A stretch of DNA of 63,380 nt, counting the filler, from Stramenopiles sp. TOSAG23-2 (taxonomy: Eukaryota): assembly GCA_900128395.1 (NCBI GenBank). It is 11 parts of 11 records of this genome, joined end to end, with 100 filler letters (N's around TTAATTAATTAA, not from the genome) between each part and the next. Parts side by side here need not be neighbours in the genome. Positions count along the whole stretch, not along the records: positions 61,926 to 63,380 come from LT652866.1; 10 more parts are not named here. The stretch is one strand, 5' to 3'. The notes under the pieces were generated by a model, which saw only the letters and a list, made by a program, of their open reading frames with translations, was not told the origin of the DNA and searched no databases. Positions within the stretch are counted from its first letter, which is position 1. Each line of letters starts with the position of its first letter. Shown here piece after piece: positions 61,826 through 63,380 of the stretch. The translations under genes and the position numbers were made by a program.

Positions 61826-61925
61826 NNNNNNNNNNNNNNNNNNNNNNNNNNNNNNNNNNNNNNNNNNNNTTAATTAATTAANNNNNNNNNNNNNNNNNNN
61901 NNNNNNNNNNNNNNNNNNNNNNNNN
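61826..61925. other. Artificial contig linker
   Basis: N44-TTAATTAATTAA-N44. Confidence 0.99.
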
Positions 61926-62964
61926 ATGTTTGCGTTGCTTTCCACTTTTTATATAAATGCTTCATATTTGCGATCTGTGCGGCTTCTTGCTCAATTGTTT
62001 TACACTTCTTAAGCGCCTTTAAAGCATCCACAGTAGATATGCGCTTTTTATGATTTACAACCAGCATCTTATCGATCAATTTTCTCAGTGAGTTGCTAGG
62101 CCTAACTATTCCATTTTTAGGCAATGTTATGTTTTCCGTTAACTGACAAATATGCTGACTATAACCCTTATACGTATCATATTCAGGATAAGGAAACTTG
62201 CGGAAAAGCATGTAATATAAAGCTATGCCAAGTGCCCATATATCACTTTGCATCCTACGTACCCGGGTACCCTTTACTGGCTGAAAACACTCGGGTGCCA
62301 TATACACTATTGTACCAGCGGTGTCGCTAATTTGAGATGACCGCGCATGTCCAAAATCGCATATTTTAAACCTGTAGTCATCATGTATATCCTTGTACAT
62401 GACAATGTTTCCAAGTTTTACATCACAGTGATACAACTCCTGCTTTTGCAAGTAATTGATACCTGTAAGAACATCTTCACAAAAATACATTATAAACGTT
62501 TCGCTAACTGGTATCTTTGGAAGTTTTTTATGAAGATAGCGTCTCACGTCACACTCACATTTCTCCATTACAACATTGAAGTACGCTTCTGCTATATTAT
62601 GCCTATTTTCTTCATGAACGTAGTAACAATAGTGCTTAACGATACATGGTGTAATATTTTCTTCATTCTGAATTAGACGGTCCAAAACATCCATTTCGCG
62701 TTTTACTTGTTTTATAACGTCGTCGTTGGAAATATGTATTTGGCGCAATACATATGTTTTGCCACTGACTTGTATTTTATAAATACAGCTCTGGCTGCCT
62801 TTGGTAATATATTTTTTTTCACATTTTTCAAAAAATAAACGGAGCATCTCATCAGTCAATGCTTTATTACTCTTGCAACCATCTAATATTATCTTCTCTA
62901 GCTCAGCACAACAACTAAACTTATTTTTTAACATGAGCATGCCAGGCATGATCTCTTTAGACAT
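61926..62964 (-). CDS. Ser/Thr protein kinase-like protein (possible pseudokinase), 3'-truncated
   Basis: HCDVKLGN, DFG, GTIVYMAPE, SDIWALG, KRIS; degenerate G-loop (TKGSQS) and YVLR at the VAIK position. Confidence 0.88.
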
Positions 62965-63380
62965 GTTTTGAGCAGGTTTGAATGCCTGGGATGCTTTTTC
63001 ATCTCCACTTGTCTCGGATACTCTGCCGTCTTATTTCTTAGTTATATAGTTTTTTCAATATGTACAAGTATTTTTTATTTATTATACATACCGGTACCCT
63101 ATTATAGTAATCCCAGTAATCCCCCCCCGCATCGAGCTTGCTCGACTAATCCCCCCGGATTTGGTACCCAGGCTACTATACTGAAATAAAAAGTGCACTT
63201 CTCTATTATGTGCTTGATAGACTACATAAATTACATAGGGTGTCAGCTGATATTATAGTTCAAAAGGTATAGTTTTTTTTTCTTCATCAAAAGTTCTTTG
63301 CCCCCGGATACAGAAGAAAGACGAAAAAGATAGTGGTAGGAGGCACATCATTTGTTATGCCACCGTCAGAATTAGAACTG

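Noticed and set aside
8109-61925. Regularly spaced TTAATTAATTAA motif and ORFs ending in X..LIN
   Set aside because: Artificial six-frame-stop linker; the spacing reflects contig lengths.
1-63380. Genome-wide TAA/TAG-to-Gln reassignment, suggested by in-frame stops at 58426-58500 and ~3100-3400
   Set aside because: Long genes contain no internal TAA/TAG, and several conserved genes end at TAA or TAG at plausible positions.

Overview
This is not a contiguous locus. The window holds 11 unrelated contigs of an AT-rich, intron-poor eukaryote, joined by artificial 100-nt linkers (N44-TTAATTAATTAA-N44): seven of ~8.1 kb and four of ~1.46 kb. Gene content and short GTAAGT...YAG introns suggest a heterotrophic protist, probably a stramenopile from a single-cell or metagenome assembly (inference). 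Recognisable genes: carnitine acyltransferase, 3R-MYB, mitochondrial IF3, ELMOD, PSTAIRE CDK, kinesin-5, LSM12, complex I NDUFB4, PLAC8, a TM-LRR protein, a WW/EF-hand/ankyrin giant, a PDZ protein and a kinase. Best leads: (1) a zinc finger + CHAT caspase-like protease + ARM-repeat protein with an intact His/Cys dyad; (2) two large secreted modular proteins with pore-former or antimicrobial-peptide-like segments; (3) a diverged 157-bp tandem duplication that frameshifts a gene but contains an AG|GT site that could make it a new intron; (4) a chondroitin-synthase-like protein; (5) an almost CpG-free orphan ORF; (6) foldback elements and recurrent TAGCA-core motifs in intergenic DNA; (7) a ~100-bp repeat on three contigs, always downstream of genes. 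Several oddities may be MDA or assembly artefacts and are flagged. All family assignments are from remembered motifs, with no searches run.
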